Shown piece by piece: positions 12,089 through 24,525 of a stretch of 64,000 bases of DNA. Location of the stretch: positions 5,830,001 to 5,894,000 of the forward strand of contig CM075998.1 of the NCBI GenBank assembly GCA_038087875.1. Direction: 5' to 3'. The notes under the pieces are model-generated. The model was not told where the DNA came from and ran no database searches. It worked only from the letters and a program-made list of their open reading frames with translations. Made by a program: the position numbers and the translations under genes. This DNA is from Malacoraja senta (Eukaryota). The stretch's first letter is position 1, and every line of letters begins with the position of its first letter.

Positions 12089-13587
12089 GAAATTTACGAG
12101 TCGTCCTTAAATACAGGAGAGGTGCCAGAAGACTGGAGGGTGGCAAATGTTGTGCCCCTTTTCAAGAAGGGCTGCAGGGAAAATGCTGGGAACTATAGGC
12201 TGGTGGGCTTAACATCTGTAGTTGGAAAGTTACTGGAGAGTATTCTGAGGGATAGGATATAAAGGCATTTAGATGGACAAGGGTTGATTAGGGATAGTCA
12301 GCATGGTTTTGTACGAGGGAGGTCGTGTCTCACAAATCTGATTGATTTTTTTGAAGACGTGACCAAAAAGGTCAATGAGGGCCGAGCTGTAGATGTTGTG
12401 TACATGGACTTCAGCAAGGCGTTCAACAAGGTTCCGCATGGTAGGCTGCTCTGGAAGGTTAGATCGTATGGCATCCAAGGAGAGATAGCTGAATAGATAG
12501 CAAATTGGCTCCATGGAAGGAAGCAGAGGGTGATGGTGGAAGGTTGCTTCTCAGACTGGAGGCCTGTGACTAGTGGTGTGCCTCAGGGTTCGGTGCTGGG
12601 CCCGTTACTGTTTGCCATCTACATCAATGGTTTGGATGAGAACATACAGGGCAAGATTAGCAAGTTTGCTGATGATACAAAAGTGAGTGGTTTTGCAGAT
12701 AGTGAAGATGGTTGTGAACGATTGCAGCAGGATCTGGATCGATTGGCCAGGTGGGCGGAGGAATGGTTGATGAAATTTAAATACAGAGAAGTGTGAGGTG
12801 TTGCATTTTGGGACGTCGAACAAGGGCAGGACCTACACAGTAAATGGTCGGCCTCTGGGTAGTGTTGTAGAGCAGAGGGATCTAGGAGTACAGGTGCATG
12901 GTTCCTTGAAGGTCGAGTCACAGGTAGATAAGGTGGTCAAAAAGGCTTTTGGCACATTGGCCTTCATCAGTCAGAGTATTGAGTATAGAAGTTGGGAGGT
13001 CATGTTGCAGTTGTATGAGACGTTGGTGAGACCGCATTTAGAATATTGTGTTCAGTTCTAGGCACCATGTTATAGGAAATATATTGTCAAGCTTGAAAGG
13101 GTTCAGAAAAGATTTACAAGGATGTTGCCAGGACTAGAGGGTGTGAACTATAGGGAGAGGTTGAGTAGGCTGGGTCTCTATTCCGTGGAGCATAGGAGGA
13201 TGAGGGGTGATCTTATAGAGGTGTATAAAATCATGAGAGGAATAGATCGGGTAGATGCAGAGTCTCTTGCCCAGAGTAGGGGAATCGAGGACCAGAGGAC
13301 ATAGGTTCAAGGTGAAGGGGAAAAGATTTAATAGGAATCCGAGCGGTAACTTTTTCACACAGAGGGTGGTGGGTGTATGGAACAAGCTGCCAGAGGAGGT
13401 AGTTGATGCCTGGACTATCCCATCATTTAAATAACAGTTAGACAGGTACATGGATAGGACAGGTTTGGAGGGATATGGACCAAGCGCAGGCAAGTGGGAC
13501 TAGTGTAGCAGGGACATTGTTGTCCGGTGTGGACAAGTTGGGCCGAAGGGCCCGTTTCCACACTGTATCACTCTATGACTCTATGAC
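12089..13587 (+). mobile_element. CR1 LINE, 5'-truncated, about 1.5 kb, disrupted reverse transcriptase
   Basis: [64 protein letters not shown]; stops and frameshifts; (CTATGACT)n tail. Confidence 0.92.
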
Positions 13588-13702
13588 ACAGAAACCACGT
13601 GTAGACGGACAGCAGAGTATGGAGGCTAACCCCATTCAGCTGACACCCCCTTCATATCGCAACAGATGAATAAAATAACTGAAGGATAAACACTAAGTAC
13701 TT

Positions 13703-14170
13703 GTGCACTCAGGTTGCCAAACATTTTAACTCCCTCTCCCATTCCCACACTGACCTTTCTGTCCTGGGCCTCCTCCATTGTCAGAGTGAGGCCCAGTGCA
13801 AACTGGAGGAACTGCATCTCATATTTCGCTTGGGCAGCTTACACCCCAGCGGTATGAACATTGACTTCTCTAACTTCAAGTAACCCTTACATTCCCCCTC
13901 TCTCCATCCCTCCCCCACCCTAGTCATCCTGCTAGTTTTAGTGTTCGTATCCCCTTGTCATCACCTCCTCCATTGCCAACAATGGACCATTGTGGGCTTT
14001 GGTCATCGGTGCCGGCTCTGATTTGGTCTGTATCTTTTCATACCTCTAGTTTCCCTCTCCCCTGACTCTCAGCTTGAAGAAGGGTCTCGACCTGAAACGT
14101 CACCCATTCCTTCTCTCCAGAGATGCTGCCTGTCCCGCTGAGTTACTCCACCATTTTGTGTCCATCATCC
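13703..14170 (+). mobile_element. Penelope-like element 3' fragment (GIY-YIG C-terminus plus pseudo-LTR)
   Basis: [46 protein letters not shown], followed by pLTR with TGAAGAAGGGTCTCGACCTGAAACGTC. Confidence 0.8.
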
Positions 14171-14717
14171 GTGTAATTCCAGTGCTTTTAGAACATGCAG
14201 CACAGCACAAGTAACAATCTTGCTGCCTATTCAATTTACTCCTTCAACAAAGTACGTCGGGCACTATCATGGATTCAGTTTGAGGGAAAGTTGAGCAGTA
14301 ATGTTCTCTGATCATTAGTTGAATTGCAGAATTTCTCCATCTTTATCCTTGATGGTTTCCTGTCAAACATTTCCCTGGTCACCAGCACTCATTCATTTAT
14401 TCATTCTTCTTGTTTCAATAGAGATTTTATTGAAACCTATTAGATTCTGGCTGGATGCAGAGAGACATATGTGAGTACCTAGAAGTCAGAGACAATGTTA
14501 CAGAATAAAGGATTGCCCATTTTTCACAGAAATTCGGAAGGAAATCTTCTCTCAGAGGTTCGGAGCTTTTTGGAACTCTCTCTTTCAGAGAACTGTGGAG
14601 GAGGAGTCATTCAAGGCAGAGTTGGACACACATTTGAAGTCAAGGGGTATGGGGAGAGAGCAGAAAGGTCAGGTCAAGTCAAGTTCATTGTTTAGTGCAC
14701 AAGTACAGTGAGGTGCA

Positions 14718-15215
14718 GTTTAGTTTAGTTTAGAGATACAGTGTGAAAACAGGCCCTTTGGCTCACCAAGTCCGCGCCAACCAGTCATCCCCCCACACTG
14801 ACACTATCCTACACACACTAGGCACAATTTACAATAATACTAAGCCAATTAACCTACAAACCTGTACGTCTTTGGAGTGTGGGAGGAAACCCACGCAGGT
14901 CACGGGGAGAACGTACAAACTCTGTACAGACAGCTCCCGCAATCAGGATCAAACCCGGGTCTTTGGCACTGTAAGGCAGTAACTCTACCGCTGCGCCACC
15001 GTGCCGCCCTGTGTTATCCCACTTTCTCATCCACTCCCTACACACTAGGGGCAATTTACAGAGGGCCGATTAATGTACAAACCTGCACGTCTTTGGGATG
15101 TGAAAGGAAACCCACACGGTCACGGGGAGAAGGTGCAAAGTCCACACACAGACAACGCCCGTGGTCAGGATCGAACCCAGGTCTCTGGCGCTGTGAGGCA
15201 GTGGCACTACCAGCT
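14718..15215 (-). mobile_element. Two adjacent HE1-like V-SINE copies
   Basis: Reverse SINE at 14718-15008 and a partial copy at 15010-15215. Confidence 0.75.
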
Positions 15216-15836
15216 GTGGGGCATGGTGTTGTGGCCAAGAGTGGATCAGCCATGATCTTATAGCATGGAGGGGCCGATTGGCCTATTGCACTGTACATGT
15301 GAGAAGAAAGTACTGAGGGAATTGCTCCTGCTTTTTATGTTTGTATGCTTGTGGGCTAAAGGACTGTTGTGTTCAGAGGCCTAAAGCCCGCGGCTGCATC
15401 AAGTCAAATAAAATATAATTGGCAGAAAGGGAAGTTTACAAGAGCATTTATAGGGCTTAAATAAAATCCGCTAACATCATTAACTACTGTTCTTTAAAGC
15501 TAAGTGGGACCGTTTGCACCCAGTTTATGGCCAGTGACTATAAACTACTTCAAGAGTCAGGTTATCAGTTCAATTGAAGATAGACACAAAAAGCTGGAGT
15601 AGCTCCAGCATCTCTAGAGAGAAGGAATGGGTGACGTTTTGGGTTGAAAGATGCTGCCTGTCCCTCTGAGTTACTCCAGCATTTGTGTCTATCTTCGGTT
15701 TAAACCAGCATCTGCAGTGCCTTCTTGCACATTTATCAGTTCAATCTTTCTTTAACTGAGGCTGGCAATTATTGGCGATTGTATCCCCTGAACATTGACC
15801 TAAACACTGCCAAGTGTCAAAATGGTATCAAACACA

Positions 15837-16673
15837 GGAAGGCAGATTCTTGGTAGCAAAAACCGGAAGGCAGATTTTTGGTAGCAAAATCAGGAAGGCA
15901 GATTACTATCTAAATGGCGTCAAGTTGGGAAAAGAGGAAGTACAACGGGATCTGGGGGGTCCTTGTTCATCAGTCTATGAAAGTAAGCATGCAGGTACAG
16001 CAGGCAGTGAAGAAAGCGAATGGCATGTTGGCCTTTATAACAAGAGGAGTCGAGTATCGGAGCAAAGAGGTCCTTCTGCAGTTGTACAGAGCCCTAGTGA
16101 GACCACACCTGGAGTATTGTGTGCAGTTTTGGTCCCCTAATTTGAGGAAGGACATTCTTGCTATTGAGGGAGTGCAGCGTAGGTTTACAAGGTTAATTCC
16201 CGGGAATGCGGGACTGTCATATGCTGAGAGAATGAAGCAGCTGGGCTTGTACACTCTGGAGTTTAGAAGGATGAGAGGGGATCTTATTGAAACATATAAG
16301 ATTGTTAAGGGTTTGGACACGCTGTAGGCAGGAAACATGTTCCCGATGTTGGGGGAGTCCAGAACCAGGGGCCACAGTTTAAGAATAAGGGGTAGGCCAT
16401 TTAGAACAGAGACGAGGAAACACTTTTTCTCACAGAGTGTTGTGAGTCTGTGGAATTCTCTGCCTCAGAGGGCGGTGGAGGCCGGTTCTCTGGATGCTTT
16501 CAAGAGAGAGCTGGATAGGGCTCTTAAAGATAGCGGAGTCAGGGGATATGGGGAGAAGGCAGGAACGGGGTACTGATTGGGGATGATCAACCATGATCAC
16601 ATTGAATGGCGGTGCTGGCTCGAAGGGCCGAATGACCTACTCCTGCACCTATTGTCTATTGTCTATTGTCTAT
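15837..16673 (+). mobile_element. CR1 LINE 3' fragment
   Basis: ORFs 15914..16327 and 16337..16576 ([28 protein letters not shown]); (CTATTGT)n tail. Confidence 0.9.
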
Positions 16674-16851
16674 AAAATCACTTCTCTTCCAGGGAATGAC
16701 AACAAATTGCAAGCGGCAAGAGATGTTTGACCTACAGCCAAACTCAAACTTCACTGTGTGCTGGTGATAAGACTGCTTGTTCATCTCTCTTCTCCTACGA
16801 AGAGGCTATAAATTCTAACTCGGCTTTGTGGTCAATTAGGAATGAGGAGAT

Positions 16852-17170
16852 GTGTAGGAAGGAACTGCAGATGCTGGCTTACACCAAAGATAGACACAAA
16901 ATGCTGGAGTAATTCAGCGGGCCAGGCAGCATGTCTGGAGAAAAGGAATAGGTGAGGTTTCGGGTCGAGACCCTTCTTCAGACTAAGAGTCAGGGGAGAG
17001 GGAAACGAGAGATATGAAAAGGTACAGAGAACAAACGAATGAAGGGTATGCACAAGGACAAATCAAATCAAGCAACGATGATCAGGGAAAGGTAGAGCCC
17101 ACAATGGTCCATTGTTGGCTGTGGAGATGGTGTTAATGAGTAGATACCAACAGTGAAACTCAGCAGGATC
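16852..17170 (-). mobile_element. Penelope-like pseudo-LTR fragment
   Basis: Reverse copy of the pLTR including the terminal extension GGTGTAAGCCAGCATCTGCAGTTCCTTCCTACAC. Confidence 0.7.
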
Positions 17171-17974
17171 TCTACTCTTCATTTGCCCCTTCAGTCCCTC
17201 TTTAGGGGTGCAAAAAGGCAAATTATATTATTTTGAATTACATGGAACATACAGGACAGGAACAGGGATCAGTTCAGACTGTATATGTCCCTCAAACCTC
17301 TTTTGACTGCTGCACTTTCCCTAATCACCATCTTGTTCTATTTCATTACCTCGAATGTGTTTATCCAGCTTGTATCTGTCTTTATAGCATACACATTTTA
17401 AGGTGAGGGGGGAAAGATTTAATAGGAATCTGAGGGGCAACACAGAGGGTGATGGGTGGATGGAATGAGCTGACGGAGGAGGTAGTTGAGGCAGGTACTA
17501 TCATAACATTTAAGAGGCTTTTGGGCAGGTATATGGATAGGATAGGTTTAGAGAGGGATATGGGCCAAGCACGGGCAAGTAGACGAGTGTAGATGAGGCA
17601 TGTTGGTCAGCGTGGGCAAGTTGGATTGAAGGGGCTGTTTCCACGCTGTGACTCTGTGACATACGTTGACCTTACTGAAAGTATTTTTATCTTCCTGCAT
17701 TCTCAAGACCTTTGTTCCACAGAGCCAAGGGCTTGATAAAACCTTATCTGTACATGAATTGAAGATTTGGTGTCTGGAGACCATCAAAAGATGGTGTGGA
17801 CAAAATGTTCAGTTTCACATTGCCCGTGCCTCTTTCTGGAGGAATTGTGCCACCTTTGCATGGTGCACTGTACATTGTAACACATTGTGAATTATACTTG
17901 AAGTGGCAGGGCCGATCCCTGTGGCCCTCAACTACACACACAATTTATATTAATAATTTAATATCAATTAAATT

Positions 17975-18250
17975 GCCCATCACAGGTACTGACCTCCCCA
18001 CCATTGAAGGGATCTATATGAGACGCTGCTTCACAGACTATTATCAGCGAGGATCGGAGACACCTCCTCCACAATAAGTCTCAATGCTGGTACCTTGCAA
18101 GGATGCATTCTCAGTTGCCTACTTTACTCCCTGTGCACTCGCCTAAACCGAAATCAAAATGGCTGCCAATATCGTCAAAGATCCACAGCACCCTACCATC
18201 AGAAAATAGGTATAGGAGTTTGAAAACCATGACCACAAAGTTCAAGAATA
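17975..18250 (+). mobile_element. Rex1/Babar-like LINE remnants
   Basis: ITGTDLPTIEGIYMRRC, LNAGTLQGCILS.LLYSL and TLPSENRYRSLKTMTTKFKN resemble Rex/Babar RT and C-terminal motifs. Confidence 0.55.
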
Positions 18251-19187
18251 CTCTGAAGAAGGGTCCCGACCCAAAACGCCACCTCTCCATGTTCTCTAGA
18301 GATGCTAGATGCAAAATTGGGACAGGCAGCATCTTCAGACTCGAAACGTCACCCATTCTTTCTCTCCAGAGACGCTGCCTGTCCCGCGGAGTTGCTTCAG
18401 CATTTTATGTTTATCTTCAGTGTAAACCACAACATCCGTGGTTCCTTCCTGCACATCTCCAGAGATGCTGCATGACCCGCTGAGTTACTTCAGCATTTTG
18501 TGTCCTTTTTTGTACACGTGACAATAAACTAAACTCAAACTTTGATTATATAGCATTCGTTATAATGTTCCACTTTAAAAAATTCCCCTTTTCCCTTCAC
18601 TTCCATTGATTGAGTTTGTATCTAAGGAACTTGTGTGGGTAGCATGATATCAGCATGAGATCCAGGTTTATCTCGTATGGTCAAACATTCAAGATGTAAT
18701 GGGAAGATGCATGTTAAGCAAGGCGCTGTACAACGAGTCATTAACAAGATACTCACTCGAAGGTTGTTCATTTCATTCTTAGCCCAAGATGTTTGTCAGA
18801 TGCTGACACATTACACAAAAGGCTAAATCTTGAGTTTACCATCCTCTCGACTACCAAAGAGACTCCTGGTGACAGATATGTCTGCTCGAGTTTCTATTTT
18901 TCAGACTTTAACTCCTAAATTTAAACCTTATTTCCATGCTGACCTTCTAAATCGTACACTGACCTCCGCATGTGCGACAATATGTCAGCACGGGGAAGAC
19001 AGCTTACTTCTCCATTTTTGGGTCAAATGTTGAGCAGTGTAAATTGGGAACATTACAACTCTCCCGAGATCATGTTTAGAAAGCTCTTCTCATTGTGGTT
19101 GGGGCGCTGAGTTTTAAACCAAAGGGAGGGTTCCAGTCTTGGTGGTTCCAAGTTAGCTGTTCTTGACCAGTGATCTGTCTTTGTTTT

Positions 19188-19381
19188 TCTCTCTCTCTCC
19201 ATCTCCCTCCCTCTCCCTCTCCCTCTCCCTCTCCCTCTCCCTCTCCCTCTCCCTCTCCCTTTCCCTCTCCCTCTCCCTCTCCCTCTCCCTCTCCCTCTCC
19301 CTCTCCCTCTCCCTCTCCCTCTCCTCTCTCCATCTCCCCCTCTATCCCGCCGTCCCTCCCTCCCTCCATCTATCTCCCTCT

Positions 19382-19428
<47 letters not shown>
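19188..19428. repeat. (CTCTCC)n and (CT)n polypyrimidine microsatellite
   Basis: Direct inspection. Confidence 0.97.
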
Positions 19429-19431
<3 letters not shown>

Positions 19432-19618
19432 CCTTTCTCACTTATGAATGCTAGATTGCTTCTCTGTTATTTTCTGCAGGTAGTGGTTTGTTTAGAAATG
19501 AAAAGCAATGGTTGGTGGCAGGCTCCGTGATTACGGCAGACCAGCAGAGATAACTGGGAGGAAGTGAGTGACTTCTGTGAACAGATTTATTATTACAGAT
19601 ATCTTTTGAGGGCACTAT

Positions 19619-19970
19619 GCGTAGGAAGGAACTGCAGATGCAGTATGAATATTGACTTCTCTAACTTTAAGTAACCCTTGCTTTCACTCTCTCTGCATCC
19701 CTCCCCCTGCCCAGTTCTCCAACCAGTCTGGCTGTTGCTCTGATTACAGTGTATCTCTGTTAACTTTGTTGTCACCTTCTAGTTAACAATGATCTACGCT
19801 ACATTTTCCTTCAACTTCATCTCTTTTGATCTCTTACAATTCCGTATCTCTCGTTTCCCTTTCCCCTGACTCTCAGTCTGAAGAAGGGTCTCGACCAGAA
19901 ACGTCACCCATTCCTTCTCTCCAGAGATGCTGCCTGTCCCGCTGAGTTACTCTTGCATTTTGTGTCTATC
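19619..19970 (+). mobile_element. Penelope-like pLTR insertion with inverted 5' piece and about 18-bp flanking duplication
   Basis: ATCTTTTGAGG(G/A)CACT(A/G)T at 19601-19618 and 19968-19985; hammerhead-like core near 19878-19908. Confidence 0.7.
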
Positions 19971-19989
19971 TTTTGAGGACACTGTCCAT

Positions 19990-20840
19990 CATGGGTGGAA
20001 ATCGCTTTTAAAACATGGGGGGGGGCACAATGATGCCTGACATCTAGGACAGGGGTCGGCAATCTACGGTCCATGGGCCGGATCCGGCCCGTAACCCAAA
20101 ATCATCCGGCCTGCAGGCGTATTTTATTTCAATTAGTTTTCGCCACCTGGGAGCTACAGCCAGTCCCGGGGCACGCAGGCGAGCTGGGCACTACAGCCAG
20201 ACCAGGGGCAAGCGAGTCAACCTGGGAACTGCAGCCAGTCCCAGGGCACGCAGGCGACCTGGGAACTGCAGTCAGACCTGCCAGCCGACCTGCGCACTAC
20301 AGCCAGTCCCGGGGCAGGCGAGCCGACCAGGGCGCTACAGCCATTCCAGGGCGGTTTTACTGCAACATGTCTCACAAAACATGGGGAGGGGGGGGGGGAT
20401 TGTCCTCCACCTCTCCAAACATGGGGGGGGGGATTGTCCTCCACCTCTCCAAACATGGGGGGACTCCAGGATTTCCGTCCATGACGTCCACCACTGATTT
20501 TCCGGCGCCCTTGATTCCAGAAACCTGCCATATGATCCGTTTTGCTGGACCAACAGAGGGGGGCCCAAGATACCGGCTCGCTAAGTCGGCCTCGGAAGTC
20601 GGCTATGGGAACGGATCGGCTAGCTCCGGCCGGGCCAGAGTGCCAGAGCTCCGGCCGCAGGGGGGGGGGGGCAGATTGGACCCGCCGATCTGCAGCGGAA
20701 GTCCCGTCTCGCCTGACCTGGGTGCCACATTTTCGGGGGGACTTCCAGGGGGGAATTTCAAGTGCGCTCTTGTAATTTTGTCCGGATTAAAGGAGTTTCC
20801 GGACCAGCAGATACCGGAAAATCCCCGGTTGGACCTGTAC
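19990..20840. mobile_element. Composite of DNA-transposon-like fragments with GC-rich internal tandem repeats
   Basis: CATGGGTGGAAATC / GATTTCCGTCCATG imperfect TIR pair (19990/20483), hAT-like start CAGGGGTCGGCAA at 20050, imperfect repeats at 20146-20350. Confidence 0.45.
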
Positions 20841-21231
20841 TAGTGCCATTTTACGTGACATTACCTTGAACCAATACTGCTCACTTCTCTCCACTTGTAA
20901 GCAGCTAAGCCATCATATACCCAAATCTAGTAACTTATAATTGAGACTATATGCCCCCTCCACAGTGAGCAATGACCCCCCTTCTGACCTGGAATATTTC
21001 AGATGTATCTCAGAAGCAAGAAATCACTTAAAGGAAAGGATTCCTCTGTTTCGTGTCCAGTGGCATAAAATGAGGAATAATTTTGTAATTTTGCAGCTCA
21101 TTCAAAATCTGTGAGGCAAAAAAAAGGATTTCAACTGTATTAAAAAAAAACTCACGCCCCAGTAATTTACCCATGTGCAAAATCTTCAAGCAAGTAATGG
21201 TCAAATCCCATGCAACCAGAGGAGGTGGCAT

Positions 21232-21730
21232 GGGGCAGCACAGTGGCGCAGCGGTAGAGTTGCTGCCTCACAGCGCCACAGACCCGAGTTTGATCCTGAC
21301 TATGGGTGCTGTCTGTGCGGAGTTTGCACCTTCTCCCTGTGACCGCATAGGTTTTCTCCGGGTGCTCCGGTTTCCTCCCACATCCCAAAGACGTGCGGGT
21401 TTTTAGTTTAATTGGCTTCTGATTAATTAGGTTAACGGGCCGGTCGCTACTTGGATGGGAGACACACAGACAGACCGCCTGCCTTTTGCTATATTTAAGA
21501 GGGAGTATGATGTGGCCCTTGTGGCTAAAGGGATCAGGGGGTATGGAGAGAAGGCAGGTACAGGATACTGAGTTGGATGATCAGCCATGATCATATTGAA
21601 TGGCGGTGCAGGCTTGAAGGGCCGAATGGCCTACTCCTGCACCTATTTGCTATGTTTCTATGTTTCTGATAATTGCCCCTCGTGTGTAGGGAGTGGATGG
21701 AAAACTGGGATACCATAGAACTAGTGTACG
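21232..21730 (+). mobile_element. HE1-like V-SINE interrupted by a CR1 3' end (about 21485-21666)
   Basis: SINE head and V-domain, then CR1 3' UTR with (CTATGTTT)n, then SINE continuation. Confidence 0.7.
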
Positions 21731-22224
21731 GAGCATCTCTGGAGAAAAGCAATAGCGGCACAATGTGCTGGAGTAACTCAGCGGGTCTGAAGTAGGGTTC
21801 AGACCTGAAACGTCACCTATTCCTTTTCTCCAGAGATGCTGCCTGACCCGCAGAGTTACCCCAGCATTTTGTGTCTATCCCTTATTTTATCCCTTTATTA
21901 TCCCTTCAGTGATTCCCCAACCCTGGGTAAAAAGCTGTGCATGCACCCTATCTATTCCCCTCATGGTCTTGTCCACCTCTATAAGATCACCCCTCAGCCT
22001 CCTGTGCTCCAAGGAATAAAATCCTAGCCTGCCCCAACCTCTGCCTGTAGCTCAGACCCTCATGTCCTGGCAACATCCTCGTAAATCTTCTCTGCACCCT
22101 TTCCAGCCCAATGACATCTTTCCCGTAGCAGGCCGACCAAAAGTAAACACAGAGCTCCAAACGTGGCCTCACCCCATGAAGGTGCTGAGCTTTATGAAGT
22201 GACCCTGGAGATTGAATTGTTTAA

Positions 22225-22540
22225 TTTAGTTTAGTTTAGAGATACAGCACAGAAACAGGCCCTTCGGCCCAACGAGTCCGCGTCGCCCAGCGATCCCCAA
22301 ACACTAACACTATCCTACACACACCAGAGACAATTTTACAATTATACCAGACCAATTAACCTGCAAACCTGTACATCTTTAGAGTGTGGGAGGAAACTGA
22401 AGATCTCAGAGAAAAACTACGTGGTGACGGGGAGAACGTAAAAACTCTGTACAGACAGCACCAGTGGCAAGGATCGAACCCGGGTCTCTGGCGCTGCAAG
22501 CGATGTAAGGCAGCAACTCTACCGCTGCGCGACCGTGCCT
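22225..22540 (-). mobile_element. HE1-like V-SINE
   Basis: Reverse full-length copy. Confidence 0.8.
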
Positions 22541-23150
22541 AGGGGTTGTAAAGAATTTCAAGAGGCACTTAAAAGCTGAAAAATGTACAGGGATTACAAG
22601 TTAGCGACCCGCATTGCCATTTGCAACCTTTCCCCAAGAATGCTCAGCAGGATGGCAAGTGGGCATTTTGATGTGTGGGGCTGTGGAGAAGTGGAGCTGC
22701 TCGCTGCCAGGTACAGTGGTTCAGTTTAACGTGGAGAAGATCAAAACCTATGTGGAAGTGCAACACGCCCATGATGATCGGAGCAGGAGAATCTGCTGGT
22801 GGAATGTGCTTCAAATAGCAGCAGCAGGGCTGAAGGCTTGAGACTATCCAAATAAGGCAGGAAGCTGGAGCACAGTTGACGGACAGTACACTGCCTAAAA
22901 TACCAGGACCACAATAGGGCTCTGTGTTCCGGGTCGCTGTGGAATGCCAAAAGAGAACAAGCACAACACTTTCCCTTAAACTGTGTTTACACTACAGGCA
23001 ACAGCAGATAAACACATACCTGATCCAATCTGAGCATGCAATTCCAAAGTACTAAAATCATTTCTTCTTCATTTAATCTTGCCGTGCATGACTTTTGATC
23101 ATTGAATCGAGAAAATAATCTAATCCTGAATCATGTCTGCTCAATTTATT

Positions 23151-23668
23151 GGAATAACTCAGCGGGTCAGGCAGCATCTGTGGAGAACATGGATAGGTGA
23201 CGTTTCCCAGAGTGCTGGAGTAACTCAGCGGGTCAGGCAGCATCTGTGGAGAACATGGATAGGTGACGTTTCACAGAGTGCTGGAGTAACTCAGCGGGTC
23301 AGGCAGCATCTCTGGAGAACATGGATAGGTGGCGTTTCACAGAGTGCTGGAGTAACTCAGTAGGACAGGCAGCATCTCTGGAGAGAAGGAATGGGTGACG
23401 TTTCGGGTCGAGACCCTTCTTCAGACTGAGAGTCAGGGGAAAGGGAAACGAGAGATATAGACGGTGATGTTGAGAGATATAGAACAAATGGATGAAAGAT
23501 ATGCAAAAAAGTAACGATGATAAAGGAAACAGGCCATTGTTAGCTGTTTGTTGGGTGAGAACGAGTATAGACAATGAGACTCAACAAGATGACTTTGAAG
23601 CTGGTACGACTTGGGTGGGGGAGGAACAGAGAGAGAGGGGATGCAGGGGTTACTTGAAGTTAGAGAAG
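23151..23668 (-). mobile_element. Penelope-like pLTR with three 66-bp tandem units
   Basis: 66-bp units at 23151-23360, a standard pLTR unit, an intact hammerhead-like core at 23394-23427, then the pLTR up to the GIY-YIG stop region. Confidence 0.8.
23394..23427 (-). ncRNA. Minimal type I hammerhead-ribozyme-like motif (Penelope pLTR)
   Basis: Minus strand AGT-CTGAAGA-A-GGGT(CTCG)ACCC-GAAA-CGTC-ACC: CUGANGA and GAAA core boxes, stem II, palindromic ACGU stem III, GUC site; stem I only about 2 bp. Confidence 0.55.
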
Positions 23669-24084
23669 AAGAGGAAGTAGCTAGGGTTCCTGGTCTTCAC
23701 CCCTCTCCAGTTTCTGGCCTCAAAGTGTATGTATGGGTGACTGGTGACAGCAGCAATGAGCTCAGCCTGGGGAAGAGGATGGGAGGGATTGGTGAGGGAG
23801 GTGGGAGCAAAGTGGAGTTCCATTCAATCCCTTCTCAACTCAGCACCACATTGCTGCACACTTGTTGGCCCGCAGCTCAGACCTGAAGAACAAACAACTG
23901 GAGAAATGCTGAATGGCTTCATCAGAGGAGTGGAGAGTAGTACACACAAAGGACAAATGAAACCTAATTAATGCAAAGATAACGAGTTGAGTTTGTAAGT
24001 AGGAGCAGAATTAGGCCATTTGGCCCATCAAATCTAAACAGCCAATTATAAGGAAGTAACTAATATTAGAGCTAACTAATAACA

Positions 24085-24395
24085 GGGCGGCACGGGGGCG
24101 CAGCGGTAGAGTTTCAGCCTCACAGCACCAGAGACCCAGGTTTGATCCTGACTACGGGTGCTGTCTGTACGAAGTTTGTACCTTCTCCCCGTGACCTGCG
24201 TGGGTTTTCTCCGGCTGCTCCAGTTTCCTCCCACACTCCAAAGACGTGCAGGTTTGTAGGTTAATTGGCTTGGTGGAAATGTAAATGATCCCTAGTGTGT
24301 GTAGGATAGTGTTAATGTGTGGGGATCGCTGGTCGGTGCGGACTCGGTGGGCCGAAGGGCCTGTTTCCGTGCTGTATCTCTAAACTAAACTAAAA
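24085..24395 (+). mobile_element. HE1-like V-SINE
   Basis: Full-length copy. Confidence 0.85.
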
Positions 24396-24525
24396 ACTAT
24401 TAGAGTAATGGAGAGGAGTGAAATGCCTAGAATATGTGGTATAAGGTATGGAGGAAGAATACGAGTTTCGAAAGGAGAAGGTTTAGGTTTAGGTTCATTA
24501 TAGTCACGTGTATCAAGGTGCAGCA

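Noticed and set aside
19480..19563. Possible exon after the CT tract (tttctgcag ... gtgagt; 'QWLVAGS' vaguely like integrin 'WLLVGAP')
   Set aside because: Stop codons occur in all three frames and there is no convincing integrin motif.
20073..20843. 256-aa ORF
   Set aside because: GC-rich repeat composite with no recognisable domain or splice structure.
22711..22841. Candidate X1-like alternative exon (GTVVQFNVEK...)
   Set aside because: Lacks the DDGPYE and NSY(L/F)G motifs, has a weak acceptor and no suitable donor.
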